DNA of 64,000 nucleotides from a virus. Its lineage: Duplodnaviria; Caudoviricetes. The notes under the pieces were generated by a model. It was not told the DNA's origin, did no database searches, and saw nothing but the letters and a program-made list of their open reading frames with translations. Shown in pieces: positions 35,725 to 44,348 of this stretch. The stretch spans positions 64,001-128,000 of the IMG/VR virus record IMGVR_UViG_3300031992_000012. One strand, 5' to 3'. The translations under genes were made by a program, and so were the position numbers. Position 1 is the stretch's first letter; each line of letters begins with the position of its first letter.

Positions 35725-36134
35725 GAAGACAGGAGACATTTGTATGCGACATATGCGGGCGCGCCTTCTTCACGGAGGACGCCTGTCTTAAGCATGAAAG
35801 GGAATGCGGGGCGGCGAAGGTCAAGTGCGTCCGCGTCTCGCTGACAGACAAGGACAGCGAGGCCAAGTTCGCATTCGGACTTCAGTTCAACTGCTCCGGC
35901 GAAAAGAGCAACCTCGGAGTCATCTGCGTGCACCCATGCGGGCTTGGCTTCCTTATGGACACGTATGTGCAGGAAAGCCTTGTCCACCAGGCCGTGGAGT
36001 CCCTTGCCGCCAAGGCTGAAAAGCTTATACTGGAACGCGAGGAAAGGCTTCTGCATCTGCGTAAGTCGCTCACAGGCGCGAAAGAGGATGTAAAGCGCGA
36101 GCTCGACCGTTACCAGCTACGTGACTCCGAATGA
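35721..36134 (+). CDS. C2HC zinc-finger family protein
   Basis: FVCDICGRAF..EDACLKHEREC. Confidence 0.8.
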   Translation: MRRQETFVCDICGRAFFTEDACLKHERECGAAKVKCVRVSLTDKDSEAKFAFGLQFNCSGEKSNLGVICVHPCGLGFLMDTYVQESLVHQAVESLAAKAEKLILEREERLLHLRKSLTGAKEDVKRELDRYQLRDSE

Positions 36135-36137
36135 GCG

Positions 36138-36184
36138 AGCCCCCTTCCTTTGCCGGGAAGGGGGCTTTTCGTTATTTCTTTTTT
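36138..36184 (+). terminator. intrinsic terminator
   Basis: AGCCCCCTTCC/GGAAGGGGGCT plus T-rich tail. Confidence 0.75.
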
Positions 36185-36215
36185 AATCTGTATATTAAGC
36201 CAAGGAGGACAACAA

Positions 36216-36644
36216 ATGCCCGATATCAACAACACATTCTGGGTTCTGCTTCTGGTGTGCGCCTATATGCACATCATCGACGATTTCGTTCTGCAAAAGG
36301 CCACGCTGTGCGACCTCAAGCAGAAGAGCTGGTGGTTCAAGCAGTTCGGACCCGACTTGAACAGGAGCCAGTACAGCCACGACTACATAGCCGCCCTCAT
36401 CGTCCATGCGGCGCAGTGCTCCATAGGCATGCTGCTGCCTATGATTGCCCTCACGCTGTGGAAGGGTATTCCGGTGGACACGCTGTACTTCTGCCTGGCG
36501 TTTCTGCTCAACACGGTTGTCCACGCCTTCACCGACAATCTGAAGGCGAACGAACTGTCCATTAACCTTATTGAGGATCAGATGGTGCATGCGGTGCAGA
36601 TTGTCGTCACCGTGGCGATATTCTGCTCGAGGAACCTTATATGA
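36216..36644 (+). CDS. DUF3307-like membrane protein
   Basis: HIIDDFVLQ, HAFTDNLK and EDQMVH motifs with TM helices. Confidence 0.75.
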   Translation: MPDINNTFWVLLLVCAYMHIIDDFVLQKATLCDLKQKSWWFKQFGPDLNRSQYSHDYIAALIVHAAQCSIGMLLPMIALTLWKGIPVDTLYFCLAFLLNTVVHAFTDNLKANELSINLIEDQMVHAVQIVVTVAIFCSRNLI

Positions 36645-37237
36645 TTGACTGGATTGCGGTGAAGGAGGCATCCCTTCCAAAAGGATATACAGGGGGAAGG
36701 ATTCACTGGAACCCGTGGATTGGTGAGTACAGGGCCCATCCGAGCGACAATGACCTGGAAGCCCTTAGCAAGCTGCCCGAAAGCAAGTACCGGCGAATCC
36801 GCGACATAATAGCCGACAACGACCAGTGGGCGCGTGAGGACGCCGCGTTGAAACGGTCGATGCACCACTGGAAGGCGTTGGACGTGGTTCCCGTCCCGGC
36901 GGTCACCATGCCGGATATAGCGGCAGTGGACGCCAAGGCGGCGCAGAAATCCGAGGGGAATCCGGAATACGAGGCCGCCAGGAAAGCCATGCACGAGACA
37001 ATGCAACTGGACCCCAAACGCGTGGAGAAATACCGCAAGAAGATTGACGGCCTTGTCGCAGACCTCAGGGCGCACGCCGCAAAGACCGCCCGCGACACCT
37101 CCCCGCGTTACACCGACCGTCTACGCCGCAACGCCGAGTTCTTCATGGAAATGCGCAACCGCAAGGGCATCTGGGACGTAATCGACATAAACGGAAATCC
37201 CGGTAAAGTAAACGGCGTAGGCCTTTTACACAACTGA
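36641..37237 (+). CDS. protein with MIDW leader (putative virion cargo)
   Basis: MIDWIAVKEAS. Confidence 0.8.
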   Translation: MIDWIAVKEASLPKGYTGGRIHWNPWIGEYRAHPSDNDLEALSKLPESKYRRIRDIIADNDQWAREDAALKRSMHHWKALDVVPVPAVTMPDIAAVDAKAAQKSEGNPEYEAARKAMHETMQLDPKRVEKYRKKIDGLVADLRAHAAKTARDTSPRYTDRLRRNAEFFMEMRNRKGIWDVIDINGNPGKVNGVGLLHN

Positions 37238-37284
37238 AAAAAATTCTGAGAAATCTTGCTTTCGTCTTTTGACGAACTATCTTA

Positions 37285-37316
37285 ATGGCTGTTCCAAAAG
37301 GGACGGCCATTTTTTT
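37285..37316 (+). terminator. intrinsic terminator-like hairpin
   Basis: ATGGCTGTTCC/GGGACGGCCAT plus T tract. Confidence 0.65.
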
Positions 37317-37340
37317 AGCTAGTAGAAAGGAAGAAGCAAG

Positions 37341-38528
37341 ATGACAGAACAGAACAACGACTACAATTGGACTGAGTTTCGCGCCATTGAGGAAGTGGCG
37401 CCTGCACCCGCATACCTAAACGACCAGGCGCTTCGCGGACTTGTAAGGGATATCGAACGCACACATTTCAGGAGGACCGCGCGGGAGTGGGCGGCGAACG
37501 TCACGGCGGGGGACACCCCGCAGGAATGGACGGTGGACGTAACGGCGGGCGACGCCGTGATAGAGGACACGGGCACGGCCGATGCGGCATTTGCCGCCGG
37601 CGACTTCTTCCGCGTCCGCAACCGCGAGGAAGGCGTAGGCAACGGCATCTACGTACCACGCCCGCTTATCAAATGGGCCGGCGGAAAGCAGAGGCTCATG
37701 CCGGAAATCGTCAAACGCCTCCCTGGCGGAATCGGCAAGCTGGACGGAAGGATAACAAAGTATGTGGAGCCCTTCCTCGGCGGCGGCTCCGTGTTCATAG
37801 AGATGCTGCACCATCCGTTCAGCGACCGGATAGTGTCCGACATAAACCCGGCCCTCATCAACATGTACCAGACCGTGAAGGAAGCGACCGACCGGGTGTT
37901 CTCGCGCCTGTACGAATTGGAGCGTGCGTGGAACGACCTTGATACGGAAGAGGAAAGAAGGGCCTGCTACAACGGCGTGCGTGACTCATTCAACACCTAC
38001 AACCCGCAGAGCGACATGGGAAGCCCCGAATGGGCGGCGGCCTTCATCTTCCTCAACAAGACATGCTACAACGGCCTGTACCGCGTAAACTCAAGGGGGT
38101 TGTTCAACGTTCCCATGGGAACCAACACTCACCTTGACTTCCGCGCCGGCGAGTACATGGGCTTCCGCTACGCCGTCAGGAACGTACGGTTTGAGTGCAG
38201 GGACTACATGGAGTGCCTGGACGACATCGACAGCCATACCTTCGTGTACATCGACCCGCCGTACCGCCAGCTTCCCGGAAAGAACAGCTTCACCGGCTAC
38301 ACGCCTAACGCCTTCACCGACGTCGACCAGGAGGGCGTGGCGCGCTTCTGCGACCTTATAACCGACAAGGGCGCAAAGTTCCTGCTGAGCAATAGCGACA
38401 CAGGCGACGGGTACTTCGAGAGACTTTACGAACGCTTTACCATCGAGCATATAAAGGCGCCACGCAGCATCAGCCGTGACGGCGCTACCCGAGTCAAGAC
38501 GGGCGAGATACTTGTGAGAAACTACTAA
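37341..38528 (+). CDS. dam: Dam-family DNA adenine methyltransferase with an N-terminal extension
   Basis: KWAGGK, YVEPFLGGGSV, LNKTCYNGLYRVN..G.FNVP.G, DPPY, LSNS. Confidence 0.92.
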   Translation: MTEQNNDYNWTEFRAIEEVAPAPAYLNDQALRGLVRDIERTHFRRTAREWAANVTAGDTPQEWTVDVTAGDAVIEDTGTADAAFAAGDFFRVRNREEGVGNGIYVPRPLIKWAGGKQRLMPEIVKRLPGGIGKLDGRITKYVEPFLGGGSVFIEMLHHPFSDRIVSDINPALINMYQTVKEATDRVFSRLYELERAWNDLDTEEERRACYNGVRDSFNTYNPQSDMGSPEWAAAFIFLNKTCYNGLYRVNSRGLFNVPMGTNTHLDFRAGEYMGFRYAVRNVRFECRDYMECLDDIDSHTFVYIDPPYRQLPGKNSFTGYTPNAFTDVDQEGVARFCDLITDKGAKFLLSNSDTGDGYFERLYERFTIEHIKAPRSISRDGATRVKTGEILVRNY

Positions 38529-38540
38529 GGAGGAAGAAGA

Positions 38541-39410
38541 ATGAACGAAAAGAAAGTTGCGGAAGAAATCGAGCGCGCAATAGACAATGTTATGGGCAGG
38601 TTCGCAAAGGAGCTGGCGGACGTCATCGTGGAGGCAATCTTCCCGAGCAGCACCATTGGGTCGATGTCGCCCAAGGACGCCAAGGGGCTCCGTGAGTTAA
38701 TTGAAGCGGTGGCCGACCGTCTGGAGGAGGTGGAGAAGGCGGAAGCTGAGCCAATCAAGGCGGATTTCGTCGACGGCATGCAGTCGGAGGCGGACGAAGT
38801 CTGGGCGGAGGAGCACCCGGACGAAACGCCAAAGGACAACACCTGGACAGGCGTTCACAACAGCCATCTGGAAGCTGCCCTCAAGCAGGAGCGCAAGGAG
38901 GAGATGAATAGGAAGCCCGACAAGACAGCGTGGAAATGCGGCTCCCCGTATTTAGCCGAACACGCAGACAACCCGCTTGACTCCCTGGCGGAGGACATGA
39001 GCAGGCGCAAACCGCGCGCCGAGGTTGGTGGGACTACCGATCGTTTCGGGCACAAACAGTGCATGAACTTCGCTGAGGCCATGAAGTCGCTGGAGCAGGG
39101 AATAGCGGTACGACGCTCCTCATGGCCTACCTACGACTTCATCTGGAAGCCAAAGCAGATACCGCTGCCTGAAGGATGCAGGTTCTCGCAAGTTGACCCC
39201 GTCATGAAGATGGCCATAAGCATACGCCCGGGCAATACATTCTTTGATTCCAATATCCTTGAGTACCGCCTTGAGTTCGACGAGAACAGGAAGCTCCAGG
39301 GGCGCGTCATAGCGGGGTTCGATTTCATGGGCATCGACGGCGGAGACCGCGACTGGGAGGAGTTCTTCGTTCCCGGCAAGGATTCTCCGGTTTGCGATAA
39401 AACTGAGTGA
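38541..39410 (+). CDS. protein with a C-terminal DUF2829/Tad2-like domain
   Basis: MNFAEAMKSLEQGIAVRRSSW...DRDW. Confidence 0.6.
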   Translation: MNEKKVAEEIERAIDNVMGRFAKELADVIVEAIFPSSTIGSMSPKDAKGLRELIEAVADRLEEVEKAEAEPIKADFVDGMQSEADEVWAEEHPDETPKDNTWTGVHNSHLEAALKQERKEEMNRKPDKTAWKCGSPYLAEHADNPLDSLAEDMSRRKPRAEVGGTTDRFGHKQCMNFAEAMKSLEQGIAVRRSSWPTYDFIWKPKQIPLPEGCRFSQVDPVMKMAISIRPGNTFFDSNILEYRLEFDENRKLQGRVIAGFDFMGIDGGDRDWEEFFVPGKDSPVCDKTE

Positions 39411-39487
39411 TAGTATCTTATGTAGTCGCCACGGCACCCGTGGCATTCCTCTGGGTTTTTATTAGCTAGTAAAAAAGGAAGAAAGCG

Positions 39488-40021
39488 ATGAAAAAGGAAA
39501 AGAAGGAACAGGATGTCGTAAGCCACGTCATGATCAACGGCCATGACTGCACCGAAGTCGTCAAGGAAGGCGAAGGCAAGAAGCTGTTCGCCAAGCTCCG
39601 CAAGGCCGCCAAGATCGAGGACGAAGACACGGTCATCGAGTGCGCGGAGCAGATTCTCGGAATGCTTCCGAAGGACAAGAAGGAAATCAGCGTCAAAGAA
39701 GCCGTCGAGAAGCTGGACGACAAGGAATGGGACATGCTGGCCGACCAGCTTGAAGAAAGCGCCCCCGTCGACGCCCGCACGGCTGATTCCATCCGCAAGT
39801 CCGTAAAGGCCCAGAAGCAGAACCGCGACGCCAGCGGCAAGTTCGTCAAGGGCAACAAGCCTGAGAAGTGCTGCAAGGGCAAGTGCAAATGCGCCAGGAA
39901 AGCCCAGTTCGGCAAGCCAATCCGCAAGAAGGAAGAGGAGATCGACGACGCCTACGTCGACGCCTTCCTGCGCCGTATGGCCGCTTTGGACGCAATCCTC
40001 AGTCTCCTCTGCGAGGACTGA
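39488..40021 (+). CDS. hypothetical Lys/Glu-rich protein
   Basis: RBS; RDASGKF motif. Confidence 0.75.
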   Translation: MKKEKKEQDVVSHVMINGHDCTEVVKEGEGKKLFAKLRKAAKIEDEDTVIECAEQILGMLPKDKKEISVKEAVEKLDDKEWDMLADQLEESAPVDARTADSIRKSVKAQKQNRDASGKFVKGNKPEKCCKGKCKCARKAQFGKPIRKKEEEIDDAYVDAFLRRMAALDAILSLLCED

Positions 40022-40044
40022 GCAGTCCATGACTAGATAGTGGT

Positions 40045-40089
40045 AAAACCCATCAGGATATATATTGTCCTGATGGGTTTTCGGTTTTT
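40045..40089. terminator. hairpin, possibly a bidirectional terminator
   Basis: AAAACCCATCAGGA/TCCTGATGGGTTTT. Confidence 0.65.
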
Positions 40090-40107
40090 ACAACGCGTTG
40101 AAAATTT
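40085..40107. repeat. dispersed palindrome, copy 4
   Basis: TTTTTACAACGCGTTGAAAATTT upstream of the virion module. Confidence 0.8.
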
Positions 40108-40121
40108 CAAGGAAGATAAGT

Positions 40122-40721
40122 ATGCCTTCAGAACTAGAAGCAAGGATTGAAGCCGTCATGAAGCGGCTTAGCAGCAAGGTGGCGTTCGCGCCACAGGGCA
40201 GCATGCCTGCCCCGGACCCGACAATGGGTGGCGCGGTTCCTCCGATGGACCCCGCTGCGATGGGCGGCGCCCCTATGCCTCCTATGGACCCGGCCGCAAT
40301 GGGTGGTATGCCGCCTATGGACCCAGCTGCGATGGGTGGTATGCCTCCTGCTGATCCGGCCGCTATGGGCGGTATGCCTCCGATGGACCCTGCCGCGATG
40401 GGCGGCGCTCCTGCCGAGCCGGCTCCTCCGGGATTGCAGCAAGGGGGAGGCGACCCGATGCAGATGCTCTCGGACGTCAACGACAAGATTGACGCCCTTG
40501 GCGACCTTGTGCTGAAGCTGTGCCGCCACTTCAACGTCTCCCTCGCGGAGGATGAAGGCGGTGCCGAACAGCTTGTCAATGACGAAGAGCTTGACACGAT
40601 GGAAGCCGCCAAGGCAGAGGACGCGGCCGCGCAGGAACCCCTGTCCGACCAGGCGCAGGAAGCCATTGGCGGAAACGACTTCATAAAGAAGCAGCTTGAA
40701 GGTCTTGGAGGCGGTTACTAA
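40122..40721 (+). CDS. Pro/Met/Gly-rich repeat protein (putative head-assembly protein)
   Basis: SKVAF motif followed by five PPMDPAAMGG-type repeats. Confidence 0.75.
   Translation: MPSELEARIEAVMKRLSSKVAFAPQGSMPAPDPTMGGAVPPMDPAAMGGAPMPPMDPAAMGGMPPMDPAAMGGMPPADPAAMGGMPPMDPAAMGGAPAEPAPPGLQQGGGDPMQMLSDVNDKIDALGDLVLKLCRHFNVSLAEDEGGAEQLVNDEELDTMEAAKAEDAAAQEPLSDQAQEAIGGNDFIKKQLEGLGGGY
40220..40410 (+). repeat. coding tandem repeat (~30 nt x5)
   Basis: Repeats encode PPMDPAAMGG with synonymous variation. Confidence 0.85.
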
Positions 40722-41533
40722 TGGGAATGGATTTCTACAAGAAAGAAGCCGATGAACCGCGCAGCCCCTGGGTAAGCGCAGGAATCGGCGCGGGCGGTGG
40801 TGGATTGCTTGCAGCCGCCCTAGGCTATATCTACGGGCATCGTGGCAAGTGGCTGGCGTATGATACGCTTACAGGCGGTCTTGCCGGCGGTGCGGCCGGG
40901 TACGCTATTGAACAGAGTAATAAGAACAGGATAGAAAACGGGCCTAAAGAAGGCCCGGAGACAGACTATGCCCACAACCCCGTAGGTGTCAGCGCCGGCG
41001 CCCGCATGAAGATAGACCGGGATTACGACGCCGCTAACAAGGAGCGAATGAAGGGTCTGGAAAAATTCGGTAACTGGAAAGACGCTCTCTTGGCCGGATA
41101 CAAAGGGCAGACAGCACATCCAGGTAGCAGGTCGGCCGAGTATACAAGGGACGAAATAAAGTCTCTGGTGGAATACACCAATATGTCCCCGGACACGGCC
41201 AGAAAGATTGTTGAATGGAGTCCCTTCCACGCCCTGGGCAGAGGAATAGCATCCATAATGGATACTGTCAGAGGACCCAAGAGAGCAGACCCGTTCCGTG
41301 ATGAAGATGCCCAGCTTGCGTCCGCCGGAAAGAAGTATGAAAACGGCAGGATAGTCAATCTCAGGCCAGGGGAGCATAGTCTAGTTAATCCTGATTCAAA
41401 GCATGAACGCTTTAAGAAAGCGTTCGCCGCCAGACTGAAAGCCGAGCGTGCCAAGGCGGCGGAAGAGAAGATGAAATTCTGGATGCAGGACCCGGAGGAA
41501 ATCAGAAATCCGAGACTTGCCAGGAATAAGTAA
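40721..41533 (+). CDS. glycine-zipper membrane protein with K-x-A leader
   Basis: MGMDFYKKEAD; GIGAGGGGLLAAALG / GGLAGGAAGY. Confidence 0.75.
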   Translation: MGMDFYKKEADEPRSPWVSAGIGAGGGGLLAAALGYIYGHRGKWLAYDTLTGGLAGGAAGYAIEQSNKNRIENGPKEGPETDYAHNPVGVSAGARMKIDRDYDAANKERMKGLEKFGNWKDALLAGYKGQTAHPGSRSAEYTRDEIKSLVEYTNMSPDTARKIVEWSPFHALGRGIASIMDTVRGPKRADPFRDEDAQLASAGKKYENGRIVNLRPGEHSLVNPDSKHERFKKAFAARLKAERAKAAEEKMKFWMQDPEEIRNPRLARNK

Positions 41534-41537
41534 ATAA

Positions 41538-43829
41538 ATGCCGACCACAACAACAGTAGGACGCATAATGCTCGACGCCGCCCTCCCGCCATCGGCGAGG
41601 GGGCATTACGACGAGCTTAACAGCAAGGGCCTGTCCAAGCTCCTCACCTACATGGCGCAGGAGCACCCGGAGGACACGGCCGCGACTCTTCGCGCCCTTG
41701 TCGACGTCTCCCGTGACACCATCTACTACCGTGGACGTGACGCCTCCCTGGGTCTGGCCGATCTTGTCATGCCGCCGGAGCTCCAGAAGTACCGGGACTC
41801 CGTCCGTGACGAGGTCAGGCTCATAATGGAAGGGCCAGGTTCCGCCAAGGAGAAGCAGAAGCAGACTATAGCCCTGCTTATGAAGCGCATCGGGGAAATA
41901 CCCGACACGCTGCTCCAGAAGCTCCCGGAGGACAACGCACTCGCCATGCAGGTTCGATCAGGCGCCCGAGGAAACAAGAGCCAGCTAATGCAGACGCTTT
42001 TCGGCGACGTTCTTGTCGTAGACGCGCAGGACCGTCCGGTCCCTATTCCCTCGCTTCACGGATATGGCGAAGGCGTCACCCCGATGGAGTACTGGGCCGC
42101 CTCAAACGGGGCCCGTAAAGGCTCCGTGTCGGTCCAGTTCAGCACGGCTGAAGGCGGTTATTTCGGCAAGCAGATGAGCAACGTGGGCCATCGTATCGTC
42201 GTCACCTCCCGTGACTGCGGTACCACGCGCGGCATACCTGTCGACGCGGACGACGAGGACAACGTGGGCTCCGTTCTGGCCGCCGACGTCGGACCATACA
42301 AGGCCGGCACGATTATAACCAAGGACATGATGGGCAAGCTGGGCGACGGGAAAATCCAGGTTCGCTCGCTTGTGACATGCGAACAAGGAGACGGAGTGTG
42401 CAGCAAGTGCTGCGGCATGCGCGAGAAAGGGCGTCTTCCGGACATCGGAGACCCGGTCGGAATCGTCGCGACCCGTTCCATTTCAGAGCCTGTCACGCAG
42501 GCCGGCCTGAAGTGCCTTGACCCGCGCACCGAAGTGCGCATGGCCGACGGCTCCGTGAAGAAGCTGATGGACATGCAGATAGGCGACATGGTTCTCGGCG
42601 TCGACAAGGACGGCAAGACGTCGCCCGCCAAGGTGCTCAACGTCTATTACAACGGATACAAGAAGACAATCTGGTCTGTCTGGGTCAGCGAGGACGGCAG
42701 CGACGCCGCCAGCCTGGTCTGCACGCCCGACCACAAGTTCCTCTGCCTCAACGACGACAACGAGATCGAGGAACGACCAATAAAGGATATTACGCGGCTT
42801 CTTTCGCAGGAAGGCAAGCCGCTTCTGCTTATCGACTACATGTCGCTGGACGGTCCGTCCGAGACAATGGACATAGAGGTCGACAACAAGGACCACCTGT
42901 TCATGCTGGCGGAAGGCGTCAGCACATCCAACTCCAAGCACACCGGCGGCGTCGCCGGTTCGGACGACAAGCAGGTGTCCGGCTTTAAGGAAATGAATCA
43001 GTTCGTCCAGGTGCCCGAGAACTTCATCGGCGCCGCGACCCTGGCCAGCGAAGACGGCCTTGTAACGGCTGTCCAGGCCGCCCCGGCAGGCGGCTGGAAC
43101 GTGTCGATTGACGGAAAGATCAACTACGTCCCGGCGGGACGCAACGTCATCGTCAAACCCGGCGAGCGCGTGTACGCAGGCGACATGCTTTCAGACGGCA
43201 CGCCCAACCCGGCCGAGCTCACCAAGTATAAAGGTATAGGAGAGGGCAGGCGCTACTTCGTCGAGAAGTACCGCGAGCTGCTAAAGAAGAACGGCGCGGC
43301 CGTCCACCGCCGCAACATCGAGGCGCTTGCCCGTGGCTTCATCAACCGCGTGGAGATAGACGACCCGGACGGATACGACGGATACATAATGGGCGACGTG
43401 ACGCCGTACGACTCATTCGCGCATGACTACAGGCCGAGGCCCGGCTCCTTGAAAGCCGACCCGAAATCGGCCACTGGAATGTACCTGGAGCACCCGGCGA
43501 TGCACTACTCCATCGGCACAAGGCTTACACCCCGTGTCGTGGACGAGCTGCGCAAGGGAGGTGTGAACGAGGTCATAGTCAACAAGAACGAGCCCGTGTT
43601 CAACGCCAAGGTGGTCCGCGCACGTTCAATGCTTTCCACCGACCCCGACTGGATTACGCGAATGGCGGGGGAAAACCTCAAGAAGAACATGCTGGAAAGC
43701 GCCCGTATGGGAGCGTCCAGCACACCGGCCGGAACATCGTACTTCCCCGCGATGGCCAATCCGACGCAGATAGACAAGTATCTCGGAGGACGCCCACGCT
43801 CCACCGACACCATGTACACGGAGATTTGA
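41538..43829 (+). CDS. phage multisubunit RNA polymerase beta' subunit, C-terminal fragment (intein-containing)
   Basis: TTVGR, SGARG, Y.EG.T..EYW....GARKG, TAEGGY, DCGT, VRSLVTC..GVCSKCCG, VG..A.SISEP.TQ; lacks NADFDGD. Confidence 0.9.
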   Translation: MPTTTTVGRIMLDAALPPSARGHYDELNSKGLSKLLTYMAQEHPEDTAATLRALVDVSRDTIYYRGRDASLGLADLVMPPELQKYRDSVRDEVRLIMEGPGSAKEKQKQTIALLMKRIGEIPDTLLQKLPEDNALAMQVRSGARGNKSQLMQTLFGDVLVVDAQDRPVPIPSLHGYGEGVTPMEYWAASNGARKGSVSVQFSTAEGGYFGKQMSNVGHRIVVTSRDCGTTRGIPVDADDEDNVGSVLAADVGPYKAGTIITKDMMGKLGDGKIQVRSLVTCEQGDGVCSKCCGMREKGRLPDIGDPVGIVATRSISEPVTQAGLKCLDPRTEVRMADGSVKKLMDMQIGDMVLGVDKDGKTSPAKVLNVYYNGYKKTIWSVWVSEDGSDAASLVCTPDHKFLCLNDDNEIEERPIKDITRLLSQEGKPLLLIDYMSLDGPSETMDIEVDNKDHLFMLAEGVSTSNSKHTGGVAGSDDKQVSGFKEMNQFVQVPENFIGAATLASEDGLVTAVQAAPAGGWNVSIDGKINYVPAGRNVIVKPGERVYAGDMLSDGTPNPAELTKYKGIGEGRRYFVEKYRELLKKNGAAVHRRNIEALARGFINRVEIDDPDGYDGYIMGDVTPYDSFAHDYRPRPGSLKADPKSATGMYLEHPAMHYSIGTRLTPRVVDELRKGGVNEVIVNKNEPVFNAKVVRARSMLSTDPDWITRMAGENLKKNMLESARMGASSTPAGTSYFPAMANPTQIDKYLGGRPRSTDTMYTEI
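42513..42932 (+). mobile_element. mini-intein (140 aa, no homing endonuclease)
   Basis: Starts CLDPRTEVRMADG; block B CTPDHKF; ends DIEVDNKDHLF..GVSTSN followed by a Ser extein residue. Confidence 0.88.
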
Positions 43830-43832
43830 TTA

Positions 43833-44348
43833 ATGGACAGGAAATACCTGGCCGGGCTGATGAAGCTAGGGGCCGCCATGAAGAAGGCCGACGGCTTAGA
43901 CCTCCCGCTCGGCATGATAATAGGAAGTTCCATAGCAAGCGGAACGCCACGCGAGGAGTCGCCGAGCTACGCCGACGCGCAGGTAGTGGCCAACGTAAGT
44001 AACCCCGACCAGCGTGAAGCGCTTATAAAGAGGATGACAGCCCAGGCCCGTACCAACAACGGGCATATGAGCCGTGCCGGAAGCATGATTACCGGCGGTA
44101 TCGTCGGCGACATGCTGGGCGTCGGTCTCGGCGGGCTGATCTCCTCCATACTGGCCTCCCGCAAAGGACGTACCGTCGCAAACACTCTTACTCCCCTGGC
44201 AATGGGACACGCCCTCGGCATAGGCGGAGGCGTACTTGCAGGGTATGGTATTGACAAACGCAATCGCAGACTGCGCAAGGAACGCTACGAGCGCGAGCTG
44301 CGCGACAAGATAACAGCCCTTCGGTCTTCGGAGGAGATGGACGCATAA
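43833..44348 (+). CDS. glycine-zipper membrane protein with K-x-A leader
   Basis: MKKAD; GGIVGDMLGVGLGGLI / ALGIGGGVLAGYG. Confidence 0.75.
   Translation: MDRKYLAGLMKLGAAMKKADGLDLPLGMIIGSSIASGTPREESPSYADAQVVANVSNPDQREALIKRMTAQARTNNGHMSRAGSMITGGIVGDMLGVGLGGLISSILASRKGRTVANTLTPLAMGHALGIGGGVLAGYGIDKRNRRLRKERYERELRDKITALRSSEEMDA

Noticed and set aside
12562-36134. Diversity-generating retroelement as the source of the paralog families
   Set aside because: No reverse transcriptase and no near-identical template/variable repeat pair with adenine-specific differences was seen.
40220-40410. Possible CRISPR array
   Set aside because: The repeats are contiguous, in frame, vary synonymously and have no spacers.
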